Source of the DNA: Holophaga sp.
GTDB taxonomy: Bacteria; Acidobacteriota; Holophagae; Holophagales; Holophagaceae
Reading direction: 5' to 3'
Length of the DNA stretch: 64,000 bases
Assembly: GCA_035298525.1 (NCBI GenBank)
Contig: DATGXY010000310.1
Location: forward strand, 58,300 to 122,299
In this document: one piece after another, positions 42,176 to 50,553 of the stretch
Layout: each line of letters starts with the position of its first letter
Position numbering within the stretch: position 1 is the first letter of the stretch
Translations under genes and position numbers: made by a program
The notes under the pieces: generated by a model
Seen by the model: only the letters and a program-made list of their open reading frames with translations
Databases searched by the model: none
What the model was told of the DNA's origin: nothing

Positions 42176-42951
42176 CCATGGCGACTCCCGCTTCGTCCCT
42201 CTGGCCCCGGGAGCACGGCGCCTACGCCCAGCTGGGCATCGCCCTCCTCGCCGGCGCCGTCCTCGGCCACGGGTTCCGGGGCATCAGCCAGGCCCTCCTC
42301 ACCCTCCTGCTCTTCCTCGCCAGCGAACCGGTCCTCGTCATCCTGGGCCGGCGGGGGGGCACCCCCCGGGACGCCAACCGGGTCCGGGCCGCCCTCCGCC
42401 TGCTCATCCTGGGCTCCCTCATCCTCCTGGCCGCCGGTGGGGCCTGGGCCGGGGCCCCCGCCGCCCACTTCGCGGGCATCCTGCCCGCCGCCATCCTGGG
42501 CGCCGCCCTCTTCGCCCTCTTCCTGTTCAAGCTGGAGCGCACGGCCGCCGGGGAATTGCTGGCCGCCTGGACCTTTTCCGCCGCCGCCTACGCGGTGGCC
42601 CTCCTGGGCGGGGCCGGCGCCCACAAGGCCACCATCCTGGCCTTCGCGCTGGCCGCCATGTTCACGGAGGCCACGGCCGTGGTGCACCTGCACCTGGTGG
42701 CCCTGAAGCGTTCCGCCAACTGGCCCCGCTTCCTGGCCGTCCTCCTGGGCCTGGCCCTGGCCGGCATCGCCCTGGCCCTTTCCCGGCCGGGCATGAACCG
42801 GGCGGCCGGCGCTTCCCTGGTGCCCATGGCGGTGGCGGCCATCTCCGTGTGGTCCCGCCCCCCGGAGCCCCGCATGCTGAAGAACCTGGGCTGGACCGCC
42901 ACCGCCTGCGGGCTCCTGGGGGCCGCCCTGGCCGTGCTGGGGCTTTGGTAG
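42172..42951 (+). CDS. polytopic membrane protein (possibly YwiC-like)
   Basis: 259 aa with an ATGA overlap on the upstream stop and about 8 hydrophobic segments. The N-terminal PREHGAYAQL is reminiscent of the YwiC-like family; that family call rests on memory only. Confidence 0.55.
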   Translation: MTMATPASSLWPREHGAYAQLGIALLAGAVLGHGFRGISQALLTLLLFLASEPVLVILGRRGGTPRDANRVRAALRLLILGSLILLAAGGAWAGAPAAHFAGILPAAILGAALFALFLFKLERTAAGELLAAWTFSAAAYAVALLGGAGAHKATILAFALAAMFTEATAVVHLHLVALKRSANWPRFLAVLLGLALAGIALALSRPGMNRAAGASLVPMAVAAISVWSRPPEPRMLKNLGWTATACGLLGAALAVLGLW

Positions 42952-43040
42952 ATCCCTTTCTCCTTGGGAAATCTGGCTTTTGATGGTCTCCTATGAAGGA
43001 GGCCCAGCGTTTCAATGGACGCCGGGCGACGGAGGTGGCC

Positions 43041-44393
43041 ATGGCCCGAAAGACCGATTCCTGGACGGGGGCGCCGGAAGGCTCCGCCCTCGCCGCCGAG
43101 ATCCACCGCAAGCTCGAGGTCAGCCACCGGCAGGCCAAGGGGCTCATCGACGCCGGCTGCGTCAAGGTCAACGGGGAGGAGGCGCGCGGCCACGGCCTGC
43201 GCCTGAAGCCCGAGGACCGCCTGGAGGTGGTCTTCGATCCCGAGATGGTCTACGCCCAGCTGCCCCGGCCCAGCAAGTCCGCCGGGGAGGCCTTCACCAT
43301 CCTTTCCGAGGACAAGCACCTGATCTTCGTGGACAAGCCCGCGGGCCTGCTCACGGTCCCCGCCGAGAACCACAACGATCCCTGCCTGGCCGAAGCCCTC
43401 ACGGATCTGTACCGGCGCCGGGGCTTCAAGCGCTTCCACCTCTTCATCGCCCACCGCCTGGACCGCTTCACCTCCGGCGTCCTCGTCTTCGCCAAGACCC
43501 CCGAGGCCCTCAACGGCCTCAAGCGCATCTTCGACGAGCACCACCTCCACCGCATCTACAAGGCCATCCTCGTGGGCGAGCTTCCGGAAAACGCGGGCAC
43601 CCTCTCCGACCGCCTCGTGGAGCGCAAGTCCCTGCGCATGGCCGTCGTTCCGGAGAAAAGCAAGGCCAAGCACGACATCAAGGGCGCCAAGGTGGCCGTG
43701 ACCCACTACCGGGTCCTGGAGCGCCTGCCCGGGCATACGGTCGTGGAGGTCAAGCTGGAGACGGGCCGGCGCAACCAGATCCGCGTCCAGTTCGCCGAGC
43801 GCGGCTTCCCCCTCCTGGGCGACCAGGTGTACGGGACCCGGAGCCCCCTCATCGACCGCCAGGCCCTCCATGCCGAACTGCTGGGCTTCCGCCACCCCGT
43901 CACCGGGGAGGGCGTCACCGTCACCGCCCCCATGCCCGCGGATCTGGAGCGGGCCCTCAAGGCCCTGCGCAACGCCCGCCGGGTCGAGCGCGCCGAGGCC
44001 GGCATCAAGGGGGAGGAGGCCATCTACAAGCCCAAGATCACCAAGGACCGCAAGCTGGAGCGCGTGCGGCGCGCCGCCCGCTTCACCGAGGACCCGCCCT
44101 CCCGCCATGATGAACGGCCCCACGGCGCCGCCGATGGCCCCAAGGGCCGGGATTCCGAGCGGCGGCCCCCCTTCAAGGCCCAGGCCCCCAGGCCCGGGTC
44201 CCGGCCCGCCCGGACCCAGGATGGCCCTCCCCGCACCGGGGACCGCCCCGGCCCCAGGACCGCCCGCCCCGCGGGCAAGCCGGAAGGGCGCCCCGGTTCC
44301 AGGCCTGAAGGCCGCGCCGGCTCCAAGCCCGGAGGCCGTCCCGCCGCCAAGCCCGGGCTCCGGCCCGGCACCAAGGGCAAGGGCCGGCCCTGA
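43041..44393 (+). CDS. RluA-family pseudouridine synthase with S4 domain and a basic Pro/Gly-rich tail
   Basis: It has HRLDRFTSGVLVFAK and GRRNQIRVQ motifs. The ATG at 43041 is preferred because GGAGG lies 5 nt upstream; the track start at 42993 lacks a ribosome-binding site. Confidence 0.82.
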   Translation: MARKTDSWTGAPEGSALAAEIHRKLEVSHRQAKGLIDAGCVKVNGEEARGHGLRLKPEDRLEVVFDPEMVYAQLPRPSKSAGEAFTILSEDKHLIFVDKPAGLLTVPAENHNDPCLAEALTDLYRRRGFKRFHLFIAHRLDRFTSGVLVFAKTPEALNGLKRIFDEHHLHRIYKAILVGELPENAGTLSDRLVERKSLRMAVVPEKSKAKHDIKGAKVAVTHYRVLERLPGHTVVEVKLETGRRNQIRVQFAERGFPLLGDQVYGTRSPLIDRQALHAELLGFRHPVTGEGVTVTAPMPADLERALKALRNARRVERAEAGIKGEEAIYKPKITKDRKLERVRRAARFTEDPPSRHDERPHGAADGPKGRDSERRPPFKAQAPRPGSRPARTQDGPPRTGDRPGPRTARPAGKPEGRPGSRPEGRAGSKPGGRPAAKPGLRPGTKGKGRP

Positions 44394-44402
44394 GGCCCGC
44401 CC

Positions 44403-44912
44403 TCAGTCCCGGGCCTCGGCCCCGCATCCCTCGCCGGGGCCCAGGCGCTCCTGGATCCCCTCCCGGAGCTTCTGCAGCAGATCCACGAGCGCCTCGTTCT
44501 CGGCCGGGGTGAGGACGGCGTCCACCTCCGCGCAGACCGCGGTGTGCAGGGGCGCGAGCCTGGCCTCCAGGTCCCGGCCCTCGGGGGTCAGCTGCACGAG
44601 GCAGCCCCGGCGGTCGTTGGGATCCTCCCGGCGGCGCACGAGGCCGGCCTTCATCATGCGGTCCACGAGCCTGGGCACGTCCGCGCTGCGGGAGATGATG
44701 CGCCGGCGGATCTCCCGGATGAGGTAGCCCTCCTCGGGCCCGCCCCGGAGGATGCGCAGGACGTTGAACTGCTGGTCCGTGATCCCCGCGGGCTTGAAGA
44801 GGCGCTCGTCGGTGATGCGGGTGGCGAATTCCCGGGCCAGGAGGATGGAGAGCAGGAGTTCCTGCCCTGGTTCCAGGGGCTTTCCGATGAGGAGTTCTTC
44901 ACGCAGCTTCAT
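44403..44912 (-). CDS. MarR-family transcriptional regulator
   Basis: Trimmed to MKLREELL... (169 aa) with a winged-helix segment (QQFNVLRIL...DRRGCLVQLTPEG). It is divergent from yceI. Confidence 0.85.
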   Translation of the reverse strand: MKLREELLIGKPLEPGQELLLSILLAREFATRITDERLFKPAGITDQQFNVLRILRGGPEEGYLIREIRRRIISRSADVPRLVDRMMKAGLVRRREDPNDRRGCLVQLTPEGRDLEARLAPLHTAVCAEVDAVLTPAENEALVDLLQKLREGIQERLGPGEGCGAEARD

Positions 44913-45083
44913 GGTCGGGGAGGGTCCTTCGCCGCAGGGCGCCTCCCAGTCTAGGGGGTGGCGGGGGGATTCCACAGGGGGGCCTCCAGGGGCATTTCCG
45001 GATTTCTTCAAAAACATGTTGCGTTCCTCCCGAACCCGACTAAATTGGTAATAGATGTTACAACACCTTTTCCGGAGAACACC

Positions 45084-45665
45084 ATGAACCTTTCCCGCCG
45101 CCTCCTGATCCCCGCCGCCGTCCTGATGATGGTGGCCCCCGCCTTCGCCGGGGATGTGGACACCTACAAGATCGACGCCGTCCACTCCACCGTCGGCTTC
45201 AAGATCCGCCACCTGATCGCCCGCACCACCGGCAACTTCGCCAAGTTCGAGGGGACCATCGACGTCAACACCAAGGACATCACCAAGTCCAGCGTGGCCG
45301 TCACCATCGACGCCGCCTCCATCAACACGGGCAACGAGGCCCGGGAGAAGCACCTGAAGTCCCCCGACTTCTTCGACACGGCCAAGTTCCCCACCATCAC
45401 CTTCAAGAGCACGGCCGTGAAGGAGGTCGCCAAGGGCAAGCTGGAGGTGACCGGGGCCTTCACCCTCCACGGGGTCACCCGCACCATCGTCATCCCCGTC
45501 ACCAACCTGGGCACCATGGCGGGCATGAAGCCCGGCTCCGTGGTGGCCGGCTTTGAAGGCGCCCTCACCATCAAGCGCTCGGATTACGGCATGAGCGGTA
45601 TGATCGGTCCCCTGGGCGACGAGGTGGAGATCTCGCTCAATATCGAGGCCGGCAAGACCAACTGA
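45084..45665 (+). CDS. YceI-family periplasmic polyisoprenoid-binding protein
   Basis: 193 aa with a signal peptide. It has YKIDAVHSTVGFKIRHL and LTLHGVT-type motifs. Confidence 0.88.
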   Translation: MNLSRRLLIPAAVLMMVAPAFAGDVDTYKIDAVHSTVGFKIRHLIARTTGNFAKFEGTIDVNTKDITKSSVAVTIDAASINTGNEAREKHLKSPDFFDTAKFPTITFKSTAVKEVAKGKLEVTGAFTLHGVTRTIVIPVTNLGTMAGMKPGSVVAGFEGALTIKRSDYGMSGMIGPLGDEVEISLNIEAGKTN

Positions 45666-45682
45666 AACCCGGGGAGGAAGCC

Positions 45683-45919
45683 ATGAGCGAACCCAGGATC
45701 CACGATCGCAAGCCCGAGGTGATGACCCTCGAGCCCGGCACCTACTGGTGGTGCGCCTGCGGGCTCTCCGCCAAGCAGCCCTTCTGCGACGGGGCCCACA
45801 AGGGCTCCGGCCTGGGCCCCACCCGCTTCGAGGTGGAGGAGACCCGCCAGGTGGCCCTGTGCAACTGCAAGCACTCCGGCGCCAAGCCCTTCTGCGACGG
45901 GGCCCACAAGGCCCTCTGA
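45683..45919 (+). CDS. CDGSH iron-sulfur domain protein (two CDGSH motifs)
   Basis: CACGLSAKQPFCDGAH and CNCKHSGAKPFCDGAH both fit the consensus C-x-C-x2-S-x3-P-x-C-D-G-A-H. Confidence 0.88.
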   Translation: MSEPRIHDRKPEVMTLEPGTYWWCACGLSAKQPFCDGAHKGSGLGPTRFEVEETRQVALCNCKHSGAKPFCDGAHKAL

Positions 45920-45937
45920 GGCCATCGGCCCGGCGCG

Positions 45938-45960
45938 AAGCCCCCCTTCCCGGGGGGCTT
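45938..45960 (+). terminator. possible attenuating hairpin between the CDGSH gene and nuoE
   Basis: AAGCCCCCC-ttccc-GGGGGGCTT followed by TCCTGTG, a weak U-tract. Confidence 0.35.
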
Positions 45961-46033
45961 TCCTGTGTCCGGAGGGGCGGGAATCCAGGTTAGAATCGGA
46001 TTTCCAGGCCTTTCCCACGGACGAGCCCAGCCT

Positions 46034-46609
46034 ATGAACCATCCCCTGCCCCCCGAAACCAGCCCCGTGCCCCTCGCCCCCGGCGAGCGGCTGCCCAAGG
46101 CCAAGCGCGAGAAGCTGAGCCCCGAGTCCATCGCGAAGATCAAGGAGATCGCCGCGAAGTTCCCGGACCGCCTGGCCGGTACTCTGCCGGCCCTCTACAT
46201 CGCCCAGCGGGAGTTCGGCTTCCTCAGCCTGGGGGCCATGAAGGAGGTCGCCGCGGCCCTGGACGTGCCCGAGGGCCACGTCTTCGGGGTGGCCACCTTC
46301 TACACCATGTTCCGCAAGAGCCCCGTGGGCCGGTACCACTTCGAGGTCTGCACCAACCTGAGCTGCGCCCTGAACGGCGCGGCCGAGCTCCTCCAGAAGG
46401 TGGTGGAGAAGACCGGCGCCAGGGTCGGGGAGGGCCCCACCGCCGACGGCATGTGGAGCGTGGAGGAGGTGGAGTGCCTCGCCTCCTGCGGCAGCGGCCC
46501 CTGCATCCAGGTCAACCACGGCGTCTTCGACGAGTTCGTGGACGAGGCGAAGCTGGAGGCCATCATCGACGCCTGCAGGCGCGGCGAGACCGCCGCGTGG
46601 GGGGAGTGA
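46034..46609 (+). CDS. nuoE: NADH-quinone oxidoreductase subunit E-like (2Fe-2S)
   Basis: Trimmed to MNHPLPPE... (191 aa) with FEVCTNLSCALNG and ECLASCGSGPC. Confidence 0.9.
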   Translation: MNHPLPPETSPVPLAPGERLPKAKREKLSPESIAKIKEIAAKFPDRLAGTLPALYIAQREFGFLSLGAMKEVAAALDVPEGHVFGVATFYTMFRKSPVGRYHFEVCTNLSCALNGAAELLQKVVEKTGARVGEGPTADGMWSVEEVECLASCGSGPCIQVNHGVFDEFVDEAKLEAIIDACRRGETAAWGE

Positions 46610-46611
46610 CC

Positions 46612-47988
46612 ATGGCCGCGATCCGCACCAAGCCCGACCACCAGAGCTACACCTTCCCCGGCTTCGGTTCCGACAGGTTCCCCAACCTGATGCTCCGGGG
46701 CGCCGGCGACCTGCACAACTGGCACCTCAAGACCTACCAGGAGCGCTGGGAGGGCTACGAGGGCATGAGGAAGGCCCTGAAGATGGAGCCTTCCGCCGTC
46801 ATCGCCGAGGTGAAGGCCTCCGATATCCGGGGCCGCGGCGGCGCGGGCTTCAGGGCCGGGCTGAAGTGGAGCTTCATGCCCAAGGACACCCCCGAGAAGA
46901 AGTTCACCCGCTACCTGGTGTGCAACGGCGACGAGGGCGAGCCGGGCACCTTCAAGGACCGGGCGATCCTGGAGTACAACCCCCACCAGCTCATCGAGGG
47001 CATGATCATCGGCGGCTGGGCCATGCAGTGCCGGACGGGCTTCATCTACCTGCGCGGCGAGTTCGCCTGGCTCATCGACAAGCTCGAGGCCGCCATCCAG
47101 GAGGCGAGGGACGCCGGCTACCTGGGCAAGGACATCCTGGGCACGGGCTGGGACTTCGACATCCTCACCTACCGGGGCGCCGGCGCCTACATCTGCGGCG
47201 AGGAGACCGCCCTGCTCAACAGCCTCGAGGGCCGGCGCGGCGAACCCCGCGTGAAGCCGCCCTTCCCGGCCTCCGTGGGCGCCTTCGGCCAGCCCACCAC
47301 CGTCAACAACGTGGAGACCCTGGCCGCCGTCGCCCCCATCCTGCGCATGGGCGGCAACGAGTACGCCAAGCTGGGCACCCCCGGCAACACGGGCACCCGG
47401 ATCTACGGCGTCTCCGGCCACGTGAAGCGCCCCGGCCTCTACGAGCTGCCCCTGGGCCTGCCCCTGGAGTTCCTGATGAACGACCTGGCCGGGGGATCCT
47501 CCACCGGCGCGAAGATCAAGGGCGTCATCCCCGGCGGCAGCAGCGCCCCCATCTTCACGGAGAAGGACTTCGACTGCCCCCTGGACTTCGACACCGTGAG
47601 GGCGCGGGGCTCCATGGCCGGCTCCGGCGGCCTCATCGTCATGGACGAGCGCACCTGCATGGTGCAGGCCTGCCTGCGCCTGGTGAAGTTCTACGCCCAC
47701 GAGAGCTGCGGCCAGTGCACCCCCTGCCGGGAAGGCTGCAACTGGATGGAGATGATCCTCCACCGCATGGAGCACGGCCAGGGCCGCCCCGGCGACCTGG
47801 ACCTGCTGGCGAGCCTGCCGCCCCGCATCAACATGCGCACCCTCTGCCCCCTGGGCGACGCCGCCTGCGGCCCGGTGGAGAGCATGATCGCCAAGTTCCG
47901 GGACGAGTTCGAGTACCACCTGACCCACAAGACCTGCGTGCCGGGGACCCGCTCCATCCTCCCCGCCGCCCACGCCGGGGCGCACTGA
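46612..47988 (+). CDS. nuoF: NADH-quinone oxidoreductase subunit F-like (FMN, NADH, 4Fe-4S)
   Basis: Trimmed to MAAIRTKPD... (458 aa) with GRGGAGF, CNGDEGEPGTFKDR and ESCGQCTPCREG. Confidence 0.93.
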   Translation: MAAIRTKPDHQSYTFPGFGSDRFPNLMLRGAGDLHNWHLKTYQERWEGYEGMRKALKMEPSAVIAEVKASDIRGRGGAGFRAGLKWSFMPKDTPEKKFTRYLVCNGDEGEPGTFKDRAILEYNPHQLIEGMIIGGWAMQCRTGFIYLRGEFAWLIDKLEAAIQEARDAGYLGKDILGTGWDFDILTYRGAGAYICGEETALLNSLEGRRGEPRVKPPFPASVGAFGQPTTVNNVETLAAVAPILRMGGNEYAKLGTPGNTGTRIYGVSGHVKRPGLYELPLGLPLEFLMNDLAGGSSTGAKIKGVIPGGSSAPIFTEKDFDCPLDFDTVRARGSMAGSGGLIVMDERTCMVQACLRLVKFYAHESCGQCTPCREGCNWMEMILHRMEHGQGRPGDLDLLASLPPRINMRTLCPLGDAACGPVESMIAKFRDEFEYHLTHKTCVPGTRSILPAAHAGAH

Positions 47989-48013
47989 GGCTGAAACGGG
48001 CATGTGCCAGGAC

Positions 48014-48041
48014 GAACGGGGGGCCCCTGGGCCCCCCGTTC
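48014..48041. terminator. GC-rich hairpin between convergent nuoF and the peptide gene
   Basis: GAACGGGGGGCCC/GGGCCCCCCGTTC form 13-bp arms. There is no U-tract on either strand. Confidence 0.5.
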
Positions 48042-48059
48042 CACTCGTGACGAGGCCAG

Positions 48060-48434
48060 CTATCGCCAGCCGTAGGTCCGGTACGGGATGAAGGTCGCCC
48101 GTCCTACCCCATCCGTGCTCGGCCCTCCCTGGCAATACGTCACCGTTGGCGGAGCGAACTGGACGGGGACCATCGGCGGGTTGAGGATCTGCCCGGCGCA
48201 GTAGCCCATGCCTCCCACCAGCCCTCCTCCCAGGGCTCCGACAGGTATGGTGGGCGTGCCTGCAGCGGCGGCCAAGAAGCCGCCGCCCACGGCCCCCACG
48301 ACCATGGAGCTTCCCAGGGCCTTGGCGTTGATGCTGAAGTCTGGCCTCATGAATTGCTGGCTTGGGGTCATGCCGCCCGTGATCCGGGCCAGATCACGGT
48401 GGCCAAGCCGGGGATGGGGAAGCTGTAGGTTCAT
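48060..48434 (-). CDS. glycine-rich 124-aa peptide with a putative double-glycine leader (bacteriocin/microcin-like)
   Basis: The internal ATG of the 291-aa track ORF has AAGGAG 9 nt upstream. The leader is MNLQLPHPRLGHRDLARITGG. The core is Gly/Ala-rich with 2 Cys. Confidence 0.6.
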   Translation of the reverse strand: MNLQLPHPRLGHRDLARITGGMTPSQQFMRPDFSINAKALGSSMVVGAVGGGFLAAAAGTPTIPVGALGGGLVGGMGYCAGQILNPPMVPVQFAPPTVTYCQGGPSTDGVGRATFIPYRTYGWR

Positions 48435-48670
48435 GGTTTGTGTCTCCTTGGGCTCCGGAGTTTTTGGGAAGGTGAGGACGGAGTCCGGAGCATTCCTCCG
48501 CTCGTCACCTGGCGGGAGCAGTTCGGGCAGGTCCATCCACCCCGGGTCAGCTCCGACCATGTTCTGGGCACCCGAAATCTCGGAAACACGTGAAGACAGG
48601 CTGGGCAGAACCGGCGTGGCTGCCAAAGCGCGTAGAGCAGGAGGAACCCCAGGGTGAACCAGGTTCCCAT
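48431..48670 (-). CDS. 79-aa miniprotein: N-terminal TM helix plus CxxC...CxxC zinc ribbon
   Basis: The ATG has AGGGAGG 6 nt upstream. The sequence is MGTWFTLGFLLLYALW...CPAC...CPNC. The stop overlaps the downstream peptide ATG (ATGA). Confidence 0.5.
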   Translation of the reverse strand: MGTWFTLGFLLLYALWQPRRFCPACLHVFPRFRVPRTWSELTRGGWTCPNCSRQVTSGGMLRTPSSPSQKLRSPRRHKP

Positions 48671-48930
48671 GCGATCCCTCCCTTGAAATCCCTGGCTCCA
48701 TGCGCATCCCGGAGACCGATGTGCATGACGGAGTCCGGAGGTTCCCGGGACGCCCCTTGACGCCTCTGGCCGCAGAAACAGGTGCTCGGCGGAAGGGGAG
48801 CGGGATGATCCCGCCCATGCCTTGTCTCGCGCTGGTTCGGCCATTCCATGGAAAGCCAGGATCCGGCAACGGTACGAATGACCGGAAGGGGTCCCGGTTC
48901 CATCCAGGAGCCCATGCCCCCTTCATCCCA

Positions 48931-49064
48931 GGCATCCCCGTCCATCCCCTTCATCCCCGGCAAAAGCCAGGGCAGGGATGGGTCCGCGCAGTCGGATACC
49001 TGATGCGCCGACCCACCCCTGCCTTTGCTTATTGCCGGGGATGAAGGGGATGGACGGGGATGCC
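48931..49064. repeat. 134-nt near-perfect palindrome (33-bp perfect outer arms)
   Basis: GGCATCCCCGTCCATCCCCTTCATCCCCGGCAA at 48931-48963 is the exact reverse complement of 49032-49064. The inner arms continue with a few mismatches. Confidence 0.85.
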
Positions 49065-49104
49065 CGGGATGGAAGCCGGGTGACCCCGGCTTCCGGGCGC
49101 CGCT

Positions 49105-50511
49105 TCAGCTGAGGATCCCGGCAATGCAGGCGGACATGAAGTTGGCCAGGGTGCCGGCGATCATGGCCTTCAGGCCCAGGCGGGCCAGGTCGCCCCGGCG
49201 CTCGGGGACGAGGGCGCCGATGCCCCCCACCTGGATGGCGATGGAGGAGAAGTTGGCGAAGCCGCAGAGGGCGAAGGTGCTCACCAGGCGGGCCTTCTCG
49301 CTCAGCTGGGGCAGGCCGCCCAGGTGGATGAAGGCCACGAACTCGTTCACCACCATGCGCTCGCCCAGGAGGCTGCCGACGACCCCGGCCTCCTTCCAGG
49401 GCACGCCCATGACGAAGGCGAAGGGCCGGAAGATCCAGCCCAGGATGGCCTGGAGGCTGGCCTTGTCGTGCACGGCGTGGATGAGGCCGTTGAGCATGGC
49501 GATGATGGCGATGAAGGCGATGAGCATGCCGGCCACGTTGATGGCCAGGTGCAGGCCCTCGGAGGCGCCCCGGGCCGCGGCGTCCAGGATGTTGGCGTCG
49601 GTGTTGGGGATGTCCACGGCCACCTCGCCGCCGGTCTCGGGCACGCCGGTCTCGGGCACGAGCATCTTGGCCACCATGATGGCGCCGGGGGCGGTCATGA
49701 TGACGGCGGTGAGGAGGTGCACCACGTCCACGTGGGCCACCTGCACGTAGGCCACCATGATGGAGCCCGACACGTGGGCCATGCCCGCGGTCATGACCAC
49801 CATCAGTTCGGAGCGGGTCAGGCGCGCCAGGAAGGGGCGGATGGTGAGGGGGGCCTCGGTCTGGCCCATGAGGATGCTGGCGGAGACGGAGAGGCTCTCG
49901 GCGCCGGAGACCTTGAGGAAGCGGCTGATGGCGCGGGAGAAGGCCCCCACCACCCACTGCATGGCTCCCACGTAGTAGAGGACGGCGAAGATGCTGGCCA
50001 CGAAGATGATGGTGGGCAGCACGACGAAGGCGAAGATCATCCCGATGCTGCCCACCGTGGCGCCCTGGGCGTTCGTGACGGCGGCGCCGGCGGGGGTCGC
50101 CAGGGGTCCGAAGACGAAGGTGGCGCCCTCCTTGGCGAAGCCCATCAGGCCCTCCACCACAACCCGGGCCTTGTCGAAGACGGTGCCGACCAGGTTGCCC
50201 CGCAGGAGGCCCAGCACGACGAGGCCGCCGAGGGCCCGCTTGGGCCAGGCGCCCAGGTTGACGCCGGCCCGGCGCAGGGCCATGGGCAGGAACAGGAGGG
50301 CCAGCACGATCCAGCCCGCGTGGCGGGGCCAGGGGATGAAGCCCAGGAGGGACGAGATGGCGCCGCCCTTCAGGACGACGAGGGCCAGGATCCACTGCAG
50401 GGCCATGCCCCAGCCCACGGTCTTCCAGTGGATGGCCTTCCGGTTGGAGGACATGAGGTAGGCGATGCCGATGAAGCAGACGAGACCGAGCAGACCCGTG
50501 AGGCGGACCAT
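49105..50511 (-). CDS. nupC: NupC/NupG-family concentrative nucleoside transporter
   Basis: 468-aa polytopic ORF with family-typical N- and C-terminal sequence (GFANFSSIAIQVGG). Confidence 0.88.
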   Translation of the reverse strand: MVRLTGLLGLVCFIGIAYLMSSNRKAIHWKTVGWGMALQWILALVVLKGGAISSLLGFIPWPRHAGWIVLALLFLPMALRRAGVNLGAWPKRALGGLVVLGLLRGNLVGTVFDKARVVVEGLMGFAKEGATFVFGPLATPAGAAVTNAQGATVGSIGMIFAFVVLPTIIFVASIFAVLYYVGAMQWVVGAFSRAISRFLKVSGAESLSVSASILMGQTEAPLTIRPFLARLTRSELMVVMTAGMAHVSGSIMVAYVQVAHVDVVHLLTAVIMTAPGAIMVAKMLVPETGVPETGGEVAVDIPNTDANILDAAARGASEGLHLAINVAGMLIAFIAIIAMLNGLIHAVHDKASLQAILGWIFRPFAFVMGVPWKEAGVVGSLLGERMVVNEFVAFIHLGGLPQLSEKARLVSTFALCGFANFSSIAIQVGGIGALVPERRGDLARLGLKAMIAGTLANFMSACIAGILS

Positions 50512-50553
50512 GAGACTCCCATTACTATGTGGTTATCGAAAAATCAGGCGGGC

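Noticed and set aside
48435-48935. The N-terminal 167 aa of the 291-aa ORF containing the glycine-rich peptide.
   Set aside because: There is no ribosome-binding site at 48935 and the sequence is Pro/Gly/Arg-rich. The region is better explained by the separate 79-aa gene in another frame and by the strong Shine-Dalgarno sequence before the internal ATG at 48434.
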